Origin: Tubulanus polymorphus
Taxonomy: Eukaryota > Animalia > Nemertea
DNA: 64,000 nucleotides
Assembly: GCF_964204645.1 (NCBI RefSeq)
Contig: NC_134028.1
Location: forward strand, 10,416,001-10,480,000
Reading direction: 5' to 3'
Part shown: in pieces, positions 11,841 through 25,206 of the stretch
Layout: the number at the start of each line of letters is the position of its first letter
Position numbering within the stretch: the first letter of the stretch is position 1
Notes under the pieces: generated by a model
The model's input: the letters and a program-made list of their open reading frames with translations, nothing else
What the model was told of the DNA's origin: nothing
Database searches by the model: none
Made by a program: the position numbers and the translations under genes

Positions 11841-13445
11841 TAGTAGACCCCTAGGATAAGGTCACAATATCTCACTAAATGACGGCTCGTCAGCCTAAAT
11901 CATGTTCAACTAATATTTCGTACGAAATGTGGTTAACTCACGCTGTGAAAGAACATCTAGGGGGAGAGAGGGGTGAGAGGTACAACTAAGAAATTAAATA
12001 AATATAAGGCTCGAGTCTGAAGCGGAAATGTCAGTGACGATGGACAGATCCCAATATCTGAACCCGGCCCCAGGGCCGACTCGATAACACCTCCTCTTGA
12101 ACTACCACTACAGGGATTCTTCATCTTGGTTGGAATTCGCCTTCACTGGTGGTCCGACGCAGGGACTGATCAGTTCCCTGGCCCTCCATTCTTTCTTCGG
12201 GACACTCATCTCCGGTCCTCTTAGGAAGTAACACATCAAGGGAAGACTTGGTTTCGACCTGGACTACCACTGGCAGAATGGCTAATCGTCACCCGACAAA
12301 TGCCGAGACTCAAGAGGTTTAGTGAAACCAACGTATTATAATGCAACTGGAATGGTACTCTCACACCTTTCTCTCATTTAATAGCTCGAAAAAAATACCG
12401 CACGCAGCTTTGCTTGCGGGTATAAATGCACTAAGGCCATTGACGGCACCCGACTAAAATAATAAGGGGTTAATTCTACCCATATGATGTACACGCGGAT
12501 TGACGCGAGAGGTAGCCTGAACGGTTAGATCCCGCAGGTTCATAATACTAACGGTCAGATGGCTAAACTGCCTGATTGTCACAAGTTTGAACTAGACTAG
12601 CTCGGAATATGAGCGACTGGGAGACGGAGAGGGATAACCCTCGCCGTGTCCCAGTCCCAGCATCACAATGATGTGGCGACTCAATAACTTAATACTTTGC
12701 AATTTAATACTAAAACAGTCGATCGTCGATCGATAATACTATACGAGATATAGGACGGATAAGCCCCGAATAACAAAGGAAGGATTAAGGTAAGAGGGGG
12801 GGTGGGTCCAGCGACAGGGTCGGTACCCGGCCAGCCTGCAGTCTCTGCAGAATCCCATCGGACATCTTTCGGTGGATTGCGTAGACACTGCTTCATTCTT
12901 CGTCGTTCCACGGACCAATGAACCATTCCCGTCAGCGGTTGAATCTTCCACACCAAGCCTCATCTTACACCGGCAAGTCCCTCAGGGCGGCTGTACCATC
13001 CACACCAGTAGCCATCGTCTTCCATCTAGTACCATCGGCTGAAGGCAACCCGATACCGCGAGGACATCTGCCGAACACCAGCCACCGTCGCCGAAATCCA
13101 CCCACCCGGGACAGTCTTTCCACTTAGTTTGAAATTACAAGGTCGTCATTAGGAGCAACCCTTGATAAGACATTCTAATAATGATAGATTAGGATAAGGA
13201 ATTTGGATAAAAGAACATGGCGGTAACCGCAAAAACCGGGAAATCAAGGCCGCGGCAAGGCAATAATAATAATATATCAACTATCTTAACTGTAGTAACA
13301 AGTGATCACATCCCCTATCGGGACGTAAGAGGTAGCGCTTACATCGTAACTTGGAATATAGTATTTGTTGGTTAGAGAAAGCTAAATTGAACCATGCGAG
13401 TGGTCGATACTCAGATCAGAATCCCAAACTAGCGCGCTGCCCGCC

Positions 13446-13547
13446 TTATATAGGGCTCATTGTCCCCGCGTTGTCCTGATTGGCTACCCGCCTTTGTCCC
13501 CGCTACGCTCCAATAGGTTGAAAATCACGTGGTACGGCGTGACGTCA
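13446..13547 (-). promoter_or_regulatory. Pol II promoter-like cluster firing leftwards
   Basis: TATATAA on minus strand (13446-13452), CCAAT boxes (~13478, 13510), E-box CACGTG (13526), CRE TGACGTCA (13540). Confidence 0.5.
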
Positions 13548-16500
13548 CGATCACGCGTGATTAAGTTTGTAAACAACGACGCTCGATCTAACTTTTCCAT
13601 CATAAATTAGTTAATAAGAATTCCGGCCTGAACCGAGCATTAAATCTTAAAAAAGGAGGGATTTATTACCCGTGAATGGATTTATCGTTCGAATAGTTGA
13701 AAAATAACCGCCAGAAGAGGGAGCACCCGAACGGACCGCACCGCGGAGTGCCGAATTGAACCGGACCGAAAATCTGGGCGACTCGGCCTTCAGATCGGAA
13801 TTCTATTTCACAATATAATTTGACGACTAAAATGGTCTAGTATGAGAAGATTAAAAAAAATAAGGATTCTATTCCTCACGCGGTTTAACAACTGCAGAAA
13901 AGTGATTCCCCGGATAGTTTAAAACTCGGTAAGAACATAGTCTGGGTGAAATCCTTAACCGAACACAACTCGACCGGACGCGATATCGTGCCGCAGCATA
14001 AACCGGAAATCCGGCCCGGACACACAACAGCCATAAAGGAACAAGACGGATGATTAACGTTTGATAAAGTAGTTATAACATTATGACATTATGACGCTAT
14101 CTGTGGCGATTATTTCGTGACGCTATCTATGGCGATTAAAGGAAATTGATTTTGAATTTGGCGCTCTCGGCGCAATCACAGGGGAATTTCCGCTACAATT
14201 CAAAGGTGGCACGATGATTTGTTTGCGGGCGGCCCGCAAACAAATCATCGTTCTATGTATTACTGGTCAGGAAAAGAAGAAAATTATGTGAGGTAATGTT
14301 CATGTGTAGTAAAGGATTAAGATGTGAAGTAGAAGATTAAGAAATTATATAAACGGAAGCCAATCATTCATTGCGAGCGGGTGGATCCGATTGTTTTTGG
14401 ATTCTTTGCCACGCGGGCGGCCTTGGTAGGGATTTCAAGTGAAAATTTTCCAAACACTATAGAAACAATTTAAAGGGCCTAAATGAAAGAAGGGTTTAAT
14501 ATAAGATCATAGCAATTTACAGAACTAAAATCGGTTGAGCCGTTCAAAAGTTATGAAGGAATTTGTCGGCTGAAAATCGCACTTCTCAGCCATAGAGTCT
14601 TCATTAGGAAATGAACTAAAGGTCATAAGGTCAAATGGTGACCAAATGATCAATTTCTTAGTTAAGAAACAATTGAAAGTAGAAAAGAAACTTGTATATC
14701 TTTGGGAATTGTCATCCGATTTCAATCAAACTTGGGGAAAAATCAGAATAATAGTTTCCCTATTGATTATAAAACTTAAACTAATAATTAATTAAGCCAA
14801 TTAAGGGTAATTAGCTTAATTAATTGGCTCATTGCCAGATCCAGGTATTCATCAGCTAAAAGCAGAGGATAAATGTTTACTTATTTGTGTTACAACTTTA
14901 CAGGGATAAATATATGCGACCATAATTTGTTGCAGACCTCGCAACACATAGAAATTGGTTGCCATGGTAACCACTATAGCAACAATTGATTCTTGGGATC
15001 AATATGGTTGCCGGCGCTCGGAAAGTATTTCAAACCCAAAAACGCATCATGATTGGTATCAAAATGACCGTATTTATCCCAGCTTCCTCTATTTAATCAG
15101 GATTCATGCATTCAGTTGATTGGTAAGAAAATATTAGAGATCGAATAAGAATTCTTGAATTTCAAATTTAGGCCAAGTTGCGTTAGGCCTATAGGATCTT
15201 CATAGCTGAAGAAGATCCAGAAGGAACCTTTTTGGTATATAAAGTACTCGAAGAAGGATTTATTAATTTACACTTTTATCTTTTGCAGGTGACTCCAAGA
15301 AATATGGTGAAGTTAAATAAGCCGAACCCATGTTGAAAAAATCATTATGCGAAATGTAGAATTGTAGGCAAATCCCTTAAAGCTTAGGCCTACCACTGGC
15401 TGAAGGGAGTAATTTAAACTGCAACCTTCTTATCTGAATAAGCTTCAATAGATAAGTTAATGGATTTGTGGATTGAGAATTTGATTGCTTGTAATTAATA
15501 AAATACAGCAATTAGAAATTTTGTGGCGGCCCAAGTCCAAAGATGTTCATAAGAGTTTGGCCATTTCAATTGTAGCTTATAGTTGATTAGTAAAACATAA
15601 ATAAATTATTATTTGATAAATAAATATTGTATTTTCATTTCAGTTTAGTTGTTATATGGTCAGTTTTATTGGGGAGAGGCAGGGGGCTCATCTAGCTGCT
15701 TTTTCAGTGTGATTGATGAGCCGAGCGAGGAGGTAGGCCTAAAAGGCCTTCAGAATAACACACGGGATTTCTTTAGCTTCATCGGTTACATCAACCCCAA
15801 AGTTGCTCAAAATAAAATTATTATCATAAACTTCATTGATCCTGGGAGAAAATGACTTAAAACAACTTAAAACTAGCGTAAACAGCTGATTTACACATGT
15901 AAACAAACGCTAACGCGAACCCGGAAGTGAATGAAAATGCCCGGATGTAGCAATTTTTTCGATACTTCCCAACTTTACAGCAATTTCCGGGGAAGACGGC
16001 TTAACGAATCAAACTAAAACCTTTTGCTATATACACTAAAACTACTATATTTTTACACCTGGGGGAGAACTAATTTCTAAATTTCATAATTTGATGAAAT
16101 ATATTGCATTTAAAACTTTATAGTGTCGCAAAATCGGTCAAATTGCCGGTACAAACAAGTACGGCATACCTGGATGTCAATCAAGAACTTTTGAAAACAC
16201 CTGTGAAGGTTTCGTGATCCCCAGTCCCGCCCCTTTTTTGCGAGATCGCCTAGAGGTTGGGCATCTCAAAACTGCATTTTTCGAAATCCGCGGTGAAGAG
16301 TACACGCGCACCTGTCAATCAACAATCTATAGTTGGCTAGAGTCCAACAGCTTGTAACTCGCGAACTACGCCGCGCATCAACATCGAATTTTCAACACAG
16401 TACAAGATGCTTATTATCTTCCCTCGAAAATTTAGTTCAAGTAAATCGGATGACAATTACTGAATTTATCAAGTTCATAACTTTTGAAGTGGGAAAAAAC

Positions 16501-16984
16501 GGCACTATGGCCGGTTTTGATCACGTGATCTGAAAACCCTAGCCTTGGTTCCCGGCAGCCGAAGTTTCATTTGAAAATTAATTCGTTGGGATGAATAAAA
16601 ATCTAAGAATTTTTAAATCTAAGAATAGTTGATTCCTACTCTTAATTCCATCTAGCGACTCCCTTTTGAAATTTAAAACTAATCATTCCTAGCTCACAAA
16701 CGGTATATAAACCTCGAAAATCTTTTACTAGTAATAATTCTAGCTTATCTCGGAATTTACCAATAATCCCTTAATGTGAAATTAAACTAGTGATGTCCAG
16801 CTTAGAGACTCGAAATTTACGCATACACTTGTGAAATTAAAAGGGCCATGATTTCAGTTCAGAAACAGGGAATTTACCTAAATCACTTGTGAAATGCGAT
16901 GATTTCAGCTCCAGAAATGTAACTGTGTGAGATCGCTGTCTTGAAAAGAATCATTTGTTGTTCTGGGCCCAGTTTCACAAAAAG

Positions 16985-17656
16985 GTTTAATGAAATTGTA
17001 TTATCTAGCGTTGTTAAAGATATGGGTTAGCCTATAAATTATCAAATATATGTTTAGAATATGACACAGTAACTGATGAAAATATTTCAAGCACAATTCA
17101 AACTCAATATGATCAAGGATTTTCATTATTATATGATTATATTGATAAATTTAAAACTGTAACTATTTATGCACATGATGAAATAATCAATGAAAATATC
17201 AACTTCCCAAGAAGATCTATCAAAGGTATATTAATATTTTTTACAATTGCAACATATTCTAATGGTGCAATACAGGTTGATAATTATTATAATCCTGAAA
17301 TAACAAAAGTAGAAATAACAATTGAAGGTATAGCAAATAAGATATTTAGTCAGGGAATGAGAATGATTGATTAATGGCCAGAAATTAGAAAACATTTTAT
17401 GAATGAAAAAGTAAAATCATCTGAAAATTGTAATATTAATCAAAATGATTATTATACCGGCAATAAATATGCATTATGGTTAGATTTTAGAACAACAGAG
17501 GATAATTCATTACATGGTTCTGGGAAGGAATTATTCATTATTATTATATGAATTATTCATGAAAAAGGAAGTTTAAATTTCAAAATGCACATTTATATTT
17601 CATCTGATGCGCAATTAAATATCATAAATTCTCAATTGAAAAGTGTTATGTATTAG
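16985..17656 (+). pseudogene. Major capsid protein 3' fragment (copy B)
   Basis: Matches 31003-31678 (NINFPRRSIKG, KYALWLDFRTTEDNSLHGSG) with stops and indels. Confidence 0.85.
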
Positions 17657-17688
17657 AATTTTAATTTTAATAAAAAATTCTATAATAA

Positions 17689-18497
17689 ATGGCTGGCGGA
17701 ATATATGAAATACAAAGTTCAAGTGAAATGATATCAGATATATATTATGTAATACCTTATGATGAATATAGTAAGTATTTTGGAGATTACTTTAATCAAT
17801 TCAAAAATAGAATAACTAAAATAGATAATAATAAAAGTGGTGTTGTTGATAATTTAAGTAATGAAATTCATAATAATGTTATACCTTCTACATCTGATAA
17901 TGTTATACCTTCTACATATAATAATGAAATAATATTAAATCATAGTGAAATAGAAATTATTGTGGTTATTGTAAAGGTGAATTTTTCAAACAGCCCATCA
18001 AATTGGAATAACCATATGAATACAGCTGTACATATTACTAATGTTATTAAACGTGTTGGTTTAAGAGAATTTATAGAACACCCATTTAGATATGTAACAA
18101 AGTTTGTTTCAAATAAAAAAATAAATGGTAAAGATTTATATAAAGATTTATTAGGTGAATTTTTAACAAAGGAACCTGAACCTGAAGTAAAGATGAATTA
18201 GATTTAGCTGACGCTAATAAAATATTAGGATCAAACATTGTAAATAAAGTATTAAGGCCAAACACTAAGAGAGAGGATAAAGTTACAGATAAGCATATTG
18301 ATAATTAAGATTATATAGATACAGATTGGACGAAACGTAAAGTAGTAACTATCAATGATGCGGTAGATAGGATGAAAAAGGATTATAATGAAGAAATTTA
18401 TGATGACCCGGTAGATAAGTTTAATAAAATGTTGGAGTCTGATGATGAATTGGAGGATGGTGATAAAAATGATGTTAATTATTACAAACTCACATAA
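17689..18497 (+). pseudogene. Homologue of ORF 31711-32568 (copy B)
   Basis: Shared IDNNKSGVVDNLSN, NVIPSTS, HITNVIKRVGLREFIEHPFRY; frameshifted. Confidence 0.8.
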
Positions 18498-18534
18498 TAT
18501 ATTAGTTGAAAATGGTATAAAATAATAGTTAATA

Positions 18535-18832
18535 AAAAAGGGGTTTTAAGCATTTAGGTATCTAATACGTATTTAATACGTATCTAAGTATTTATGTATC
18601 TAATATGTATTAATCTATATAACCTTTATTATTTTCAAACTTAGTTTAAAAAATGAAAATATATATGTTGAAAAATTAAAATAAATAATATATATTTAAA
18701 AAAGGGGGTTTTAAGTATTAATGTATCTAATACGTACCTAATACGTATCTAATACGTACCTAATACGCACCTAATACGTACCTAATACGTATCTAATACG
18801 TATTAAGGTATCTAATACGTATCTAATACATA
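18535..18832. repeat. 11-bp tandem repeats (TAATACGTAYC) in two blocks
   Basis: Each block follows AAAAAAGGGGGTTTTAAG; same arrangement at 32600-32925. Confidence 0.85.
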
Positions 18833-18848
18833 AATGCTTGAAATACCT

Positions 18849-19433
18849 TATTTTATAAATTTATATTCATAAGGAAATTGAATAATTTTCAGCCTTTATT
18901 ATTCTTTAATTTATTCATATATTCATCATGTAATTCAGTAGGTATAATTTGATTTTCTTCCAATGATTGTTGCATTGATTTTCTATCTTTGTTATAAAAT
19001 AATACTAGAAATCTTATGTTTTCTCTAAAGTCTTTAACAATTGAATTATATTTTTGATTTAAAACCCATATTGTTATCCCAAAATGTCTTCCAGAGAAAG
19101 CTAGATAACATAACTCACTTTCTCTAACTTTTGAATCATGTAAATTTGCACAATCATCTATAATAAATAATGTATTAGATCCTTTATAAATATCAATTGG
19201 TATTTTAATACAATTATCTAAATTTTCTTTTACTGTTTTAGGATCTAATATAATAAACTTTTTTATCTTAACTATATCTCTATTATATGTTTTATTCATT
19301 TCATAAGTAGGGCAAAATAATATTATATTATCAAAATGATTCTTATGAATAGTTTCTAACAAATCTAATATGAAATGCGTTTTACCACAATTTGTTACTC
19401 CAGTAACTAACATATAAATAAATCTTTATTCAT
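18849..19433 (-). pseudogene. A32/FtsK-like packaging ATPase (copy B)
   Basis: GVTNCGKT Walker A, LFIIDD Walker B, SGRH motif; small deletions at both ends. Confidence 0.9.
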
Positions 19434-20100
19434 TTATTCTTTTAATTTTACTAGGTAAAATCCATTCATTAAATTTATCATCATAGCCTTTGTATTTCAC
19501 TAAAGAATACGTTTTACCCTTAAGTGTTTTTGTTTTCAATACTTTTTCTATTTTGTATTCTACTCCATCTGGATTTGGTACAAGTGATAATTCTTGTTCA
19601 TAAAAATAACCTATATCTTCATCTTTTAAATCTTCCAATTTATAAACAAAAGGTTTAGTTAATATTATCTTTTTAATCTTGAATATTTCTTCTGTAAAAT
19701 TTGGAGTATAACCTTTATAAAATGTTTTTCTATATTTAGATATTCTAACGTGTTGTCCAATTTTAAATTTAGATTCTCCAAATGTGTAACAAATGCTCCA
19801 TATAAATTATTCCAAACTATTTCTGAATTATCTTCTTTTCTAGCTTGTATAGGTTTCATACCAATACTTGAATGTTAAGAATTATTATAACCTTTCACAA
19901 AATCATCGAATACATCGATATATTTGTATGTTTCATTAGCAGTAAAATATTTACACATTCTAGTTTTCAATGTTTTATTGAATTTTTCTATAATAAATGC
20001 TTTTTTATCTGAGTGTGTTGAAAAATACTCTATATCGTTATCAGATAATAGTTTTTTAAAAATGTTTATTATAGAATTCTTTACCTTCATCAAATTGTAT
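19426..20100 (-). pseudogene. Retroviral-like integrase 3' part with chromodomain (copy B)
   Basis: QFDEGKEF, IEKFNKTLK, YKIEKVLK..LVKYKGYDDKFNEWI; the N-terminus is found at 41325-41407. Confidence 0.9.
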
Positions 20101-20167
20101 AACCAACGTTTCAACTATTTAAAGACTCTTGTCTCGAAACATGAATACAAAATAATTGGTCTCTGTG
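20101..20167 (+). mobile_element. 5' stub of the LINE (APE endonuclease), split by Polinton A
   Basis: Encodes NQRFNYLKTLVSKHEYKIIGLCE, continuing in frame after the TSD as VENLTGKKED at ~38115. Confidence 0.8.
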
Positions 20168-20728
20168 AGTAATAGGGGTAATGGGCTTTCAAGCCAAAGG
20201 TCGAACGGTCGAGTTCATTAAAAACAAAACATTAAAAGTAATTTAAAACTATAATATATTTTCATAACCGTGTGTATTTTATATTATAACTAAACATTTA
20301 TTCTAAGATATATATAATTTTAATTTAAAAAGCATATTGTATTAAATCAATTGGTCGCTCCACTTCGCTACCGCTCCGCTCCGCGACCAATTGATTTATT
20401 TACAATACACAAATTCATATAATCAAATATATTTTAATAATAATAATTATTCTATTATTCAACTGAAATACACACGGTTATGAAAATATATTATAGTTTT
20501 AAATTAATTTTAATATTTGTTATTAATGAACTCGACCATTCAACCTTTAACCTGAAAGCCCATTACCCCTATTACTCTTAAAATAATCATATACATGAAT
20601 AACATTTAAATTGACAGATTATTCAATATAAAAGTATATATTTACAACATTATTTCAATATTCATATTTGTGTGAGTTAGATTTTTAAACATTAAAAGTG
20701 TTAGTAAAGTGTGATTGAAATAATACAT
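20168..20728 (+). repeat. Left TIR containing 409-bp imperfect palindrome (20168-20576)
   Basis: Near-identical reverse complement of 37545-38108; AGTAATAGGGGTAATGGGCTTTCA ... TGAAAGCCCATTACCCCTATTACT. Confidence 0.95.
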
Positions 20729-20782
20729 GATATAAATCATTGAACTTCTAAAATCAATTTAAAAAAAAAATTTAGTATTAAA

Positions 20783-23700
20783 ATGGATGCAAATAAGTAC
20801 TACTGTCCAACATGTAATATCAATATAGATAAATCCCAAAAAGCAAGACACAATAAAACTAAAACACATTTAGAGAATAAATTGAAATTAGAATATGAAG
20901 ATGATATATTAGAAACTAAATTAGATGAATTAAAGAATGAAAAAGAAATATACAAATGTGATACATGTAATCAATCATTCAGTGATAAAAGATATTATAA
21001 TGAACATTTAAAATCTAAAAGTCATATTAGAAATAAGAATAATGATATTTAAGGCGAAGATTACTTTGATAAAGATAATGATAAGAAACAGAAGACAATT
21101 AAAAGCATAAAAAATAAATTAAACAATAAAAGACCATACATGGAAGATGTAAGAAATTATATTAATTCATTAGATAATAAAAAAGATATGGAGATAACCG
21201 AAGCATTTAAAAGTGATATTGGTCCAGCAGCTATCGAGTTTAAATTTCATAAAGGAAAAACATAAGAAGAAAATAAAAAACATTTAGAAAATATGAAAGA
21301 AATAATAAAAATAATAACTGATGTTGAATATCCTAAAATAAGTATTTCATCAGTATTTCATAAAATCTGAAGATAAACCAATATATAATATAAATTCTCA
21401 TTCACAACATATTATTTCAAAACAACATATAGATGATAAATTAGATAAATGTTATAATGAAGTAAAAACTAAAATAGAAGAGAAATATTTTGAAGGATCT
21501 GGTTTAATATTTGATGAAATAATATTTATGACTTTACATGTTTATAACACAAAATAAAATAAGTTAACTAAATCGGAACCAATTGATGAAAATAATGTAT
21601 CATATTATAAAGAACCAGATATTGAAGCATCGAGTTATATTAAACTACCATTTAAAACTAATGCTGTTATAATTGTACAAAATGAAGATGATAAATGTTT
21701 TCTATGGGCTATAATAAGTTGTTTACACCCAGTTGAAGATTATAAACAACATAGTTTTAGATTAACTCATTATAAACCATTTGAAAATATTTATAAGATA
21801 GATAAGTATCCTGTTATAACTAAAAACATCCCAAAAATAGAAAGAGATAATAATATAAAGATAAATGTATTTGATTTAATCAAATTACCAAATACAAAAG
21901 GTAACAACATAAAACATTATACATTAGAACCTTTATACCTATCAAAAGATTATGATTCAAACGATGTTATAGATATACTATATTATGAGAATCATTATAT
22001 GTGGATTAAACAAATCGATTTATTTTTTAAATCAGAAAGTGATCACCATAAAATATATCTTTGTAGAAAATGTTTACATAGATTCAGTAATGAAAGTACA
22101 TTATTAAATCATAAACAATTATGTGAAAATCATGATTATTGTTAATTAGTTTTACCAAATGAAAAGGATAAAATATTAGAATTCAAAAAATATGATTACA
22201 AAAATAAAGTAATATATGTAGATTTTGAATCATTAAATGAAGAATTAACTGATCAAGATAGAAAAGAAATATATTATAAAAGAAAGAAATTAAATTCTAA
22301 TGAAAACGATTATTCTGAAGAACCACCAAAAACAAATACTATTAAAAAGATTCATCAATCAGCTGCAGCTTTTGGGTTATATATTAAATCTGATAATCCA
22401 GAACTAATTGAAAGTGAATATTATGATTATAGAAATGAAAATGTTATCAATCATTTTTGTGACTTATTAATTGAATATGATATAAGATTTAGTAAATTAT
22501 TGAATACAAATATAGGAATTATAATGACAGAAAAAGATAAAGAAGAATTTGCGTTTGCGGATAAATGTTATTATTGTGAAAAGATATTTAATTATAAAGA
22601 TAAAAAAGGAAGAGACCATGATCATTTGAACGGAAAGTTTAGAGGCGCTGCACATGAGAATTGTAACTTATAAGCTAAGAAAATTAACTTTGTACCAGTT
22701 ATATTTCATAATCTATCAGGATATGATGCACATTTATTCATCAAACAGTTATGCCATAAAATAGAAGAAATTAATAATGAAATAGAAAGATTAAATTCAA
22801 ATAGATTAAAAGATAAAATACCAACTTATAAATTTAGAATGTTAGCTAAACATCTAAGAATTATATATCATTCCAATTTGGTTGCCTAAGATTTATAGAT
22901 TCATATAGATTTTTAAATAGTTCATTAGATAACTTATCAAAATCATTAGTTGATGATGAATTAAAGATATTAAAAGAATATTACCCAAATAATGATGATT
23001 TTCAATTAATGAGATATAAAGGCGCAATTCCATATTCATTTTATAAATCACATAATGATTTCAATATAACTGAATTATTAAAAGAACAATTTTATGATGA
23101 ATTAAAAAATGAATATGTTAATGATGAAGTATATAATAGAACATTGAATATTTGGAATCATTTCAAAATAGAAAATCTTGGACAATTAGTAGATTCATAT
23201 CTAAAATCAGATGTATTATTATTGACCGATATATTCGAAAGGTTTAGAGATGTAAACCTAAAATATTTCAATATTGATCCTTGTCATTGTTATTCATCAC
23301 CAGGTTTAACATGGGATTGTGGATTAAAATTTACAGATATAAAAATGGATTTGTTAACAAATATAGATCAATTATTATTATTTGAAAAATCTATAAGAGG
23401 AGGAGTTTCAGGTGTATTAGGTGATAGATATTTCAATGTAAATGATAACCCTGGATATAAGTTATTATATATAGATGCAAATAATTTGTATGGTTGGGCA
23501 ATGATGGAACCACAACCTTATCGAGTATTTGAAATAAGTGAAGTTTTACAGAATGAAAATAATGATAAATTTGATTGGAAGAAAAGAATCCTAGATATTG
23601 CAGATGATTCAGATACTGGTTACTTCTTTGTTGTAGATTTAGAATATCCTGAACATATTAAATTTAAATCTAGAAATCTAGCTTACTGTCCCGAACATAA

Positions 23701-24806
23701 AACTGTAACTCATGAAGAATTATAAAATTACCAAAAAAGAATTAAACCCGAAAATCATATTCATACAGAAAAGTTAATGGTTACTCAAGAAGATAAATAT
23801 AATTATGTAGTACATTATAGAATGTTAAAGTTTTATCTAAAACAAGGAATGGTTCTAAAAAAGTACATAGATATATTTCATTTAGTCAATCTAAGTGGTT
23901 AGAAAAATATCTAGATTTTAACACCAAACAGAGAACTGAAGCTAAAACTGATTTCAAGAAAGATTTCTTCAAGTTAATGAATAATGCATTCTATGGTAAG
24001 ACTTGTGAAAATATTAGAAATAGAAATGATATTGAGTTAGTAAGTAATGGTAAAAGAATTAGACATTTACAAACATATCCTAAGTTCATTGGTAACAGAA
24101 TATTTGATGAAAATTTAGCTGCAGTTAAGATGAGAAGAACTTCTATGAAATTTAATAAACCAATTTATGTTGGCGCTTCAGTTTTAGAATTATCAAAATT
24201 ACTAATGTATGAATTCTATTATAATGTATTACAACCACTTTTTGGAGAAAAACATATAGAAATACTATATTTTGATACCGACAGTTACATATTAAAGATA
24301 AAAACTGATAACATAACTGATGATTTAAAAACATTAAAACATCATTTTGATTTCAGTAATTATCCTAAAATCATGAATTGTTTAGCAATGATAATAAAAA
24401 AGTTCCCGGTAAATTCAAAGATGAATTAGGTGGTGAAGAAATGATTGAATTCATAGGTATTAGATCTAAAATGTATTCATATAAAACTAAAGAACATGAA
24501 GCTAAAAGGTTAAAAGGAATAACCAAAAGTGTAGTAGAAAAGAATATTCATTTCAAAGATTACATCAATTGTATATTCAATGAAGAAGTTAGAAAACATA
24601 AGATGAGATGTTTAAGATCTGAAGATCATGTAATGTTTATTGAAGAAATTGAAAAGATAAGTCTAAACCCATTTGATGATAAAAGATATATTTTAGATGA
24701 TGGAATTCATACAGTTGCTTATGGATGTAATTTAGATGAATACTTAAAATTTAAAAGAGAAGAAACAAAAGAGAACGAGATAATGAAAAGAATTCTAACG
24801 TGTTAA
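20783..24806 (+). pseudogene. polB: Protein-primed family B DNA polymerase with N-terminal C2H2 fingers and an endonuclease VII-like motif
   Basis: YVDFES (exoI), FHNLSGYD (exoII), YLKSDV (exoIII), YIDANNLYG, KLMNNAFYGK, YFDTDS, KGI; CYYC..RDHDHLNGKFRGAAHENCNL. In-frame stops (e.g. 21050, 23723) and frameshifts. Confidence 0.93.
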
Positions 24807-24835
24807 TCAAATTTTAATAAAAATATGTATTATAA

Positions 24836-25189
24836 ATGGAGAGTAAACAAGCGCACAGTGAGAACAACAAATTATTTCTAGATAGAATAAAAGATATCAC
24901 AAATGTAAAATCTGTAGATTATAAATTCAAAAAGTTAACAGAATTAACAATTCATAAGAAATATCTAATTACAAATATTGATACAGTTACTAATAACTAT
25001 GGAGATAAATTAGTTATACACTTAGAATATGAAGGATTAAAAGGAAATGTATATAAATTCAGAACATATTTACCAGATAGATTTCATAGATTATCAAGTG
25101 AAGATCTAGAAGAATTATGTTCTGGAGATTTCTATTTCGTATACAAAGGTAAGAATGAAAAAGGGCACCATGAAATAGATTTCGAATAA
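24836..25189 (+). CDS. Small hypothetical protein, possibly OB-fold/ssDNA-binding
   Basis: 117 aa, beta-strand-like pattern KKLTEL..KKYLI..NYGDKLVIHL..YLPDRF; directly after polB. Confidence 0.5.
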   Translation: MESKQAHSENNKLFLDRIKDITNVKSVDYKFKKLTELTIHKKYLITNIDTVTNNYGDKLVIHLEYEGLKGNVYKFRTYLPDRFHRLSSEDLEELCSGDFYFVYKGKNEKGHHEIDFE

Positions 25190-25206
25190 AAAAATATGTA
25201 AAATAA

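Larger units (their letters stand above)
11286..13812 (-). mobile_element. Possible long solo LTR or unknown repeat
   Basis: Bounded by TGT...ACA; minus-strand promoter cluster ~13446-13547 and AATAAA near 11660; no convincing ORF; no TSD found. Confidence 0.3.
16985..20100. mobile_element. Older Polinton copy B, left part (truncated MCP, Zn-finger ORF, ATPase, integrase 3' part)
   Basis: Collinear diverged homologue of ~31003-34214. Confidence 0.92.

Noticed and set aside
14260-16980. Host gene exons
   Set aside because: A few splice-like signals but no coherent reading frame; looks like decayed repeats.
18535-18832. CRISPR-like array (also 11733-11840, 1-1060, 32600-32925)
   Set aside because: Head-to-tail tandem units without unique spacers, no cas genes, eukaryotic context.
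16985-20100. Assembly duplication of 31003-34214
   Set aside because: The copies differ by many substitutions and indels, and B has its own insertion history.
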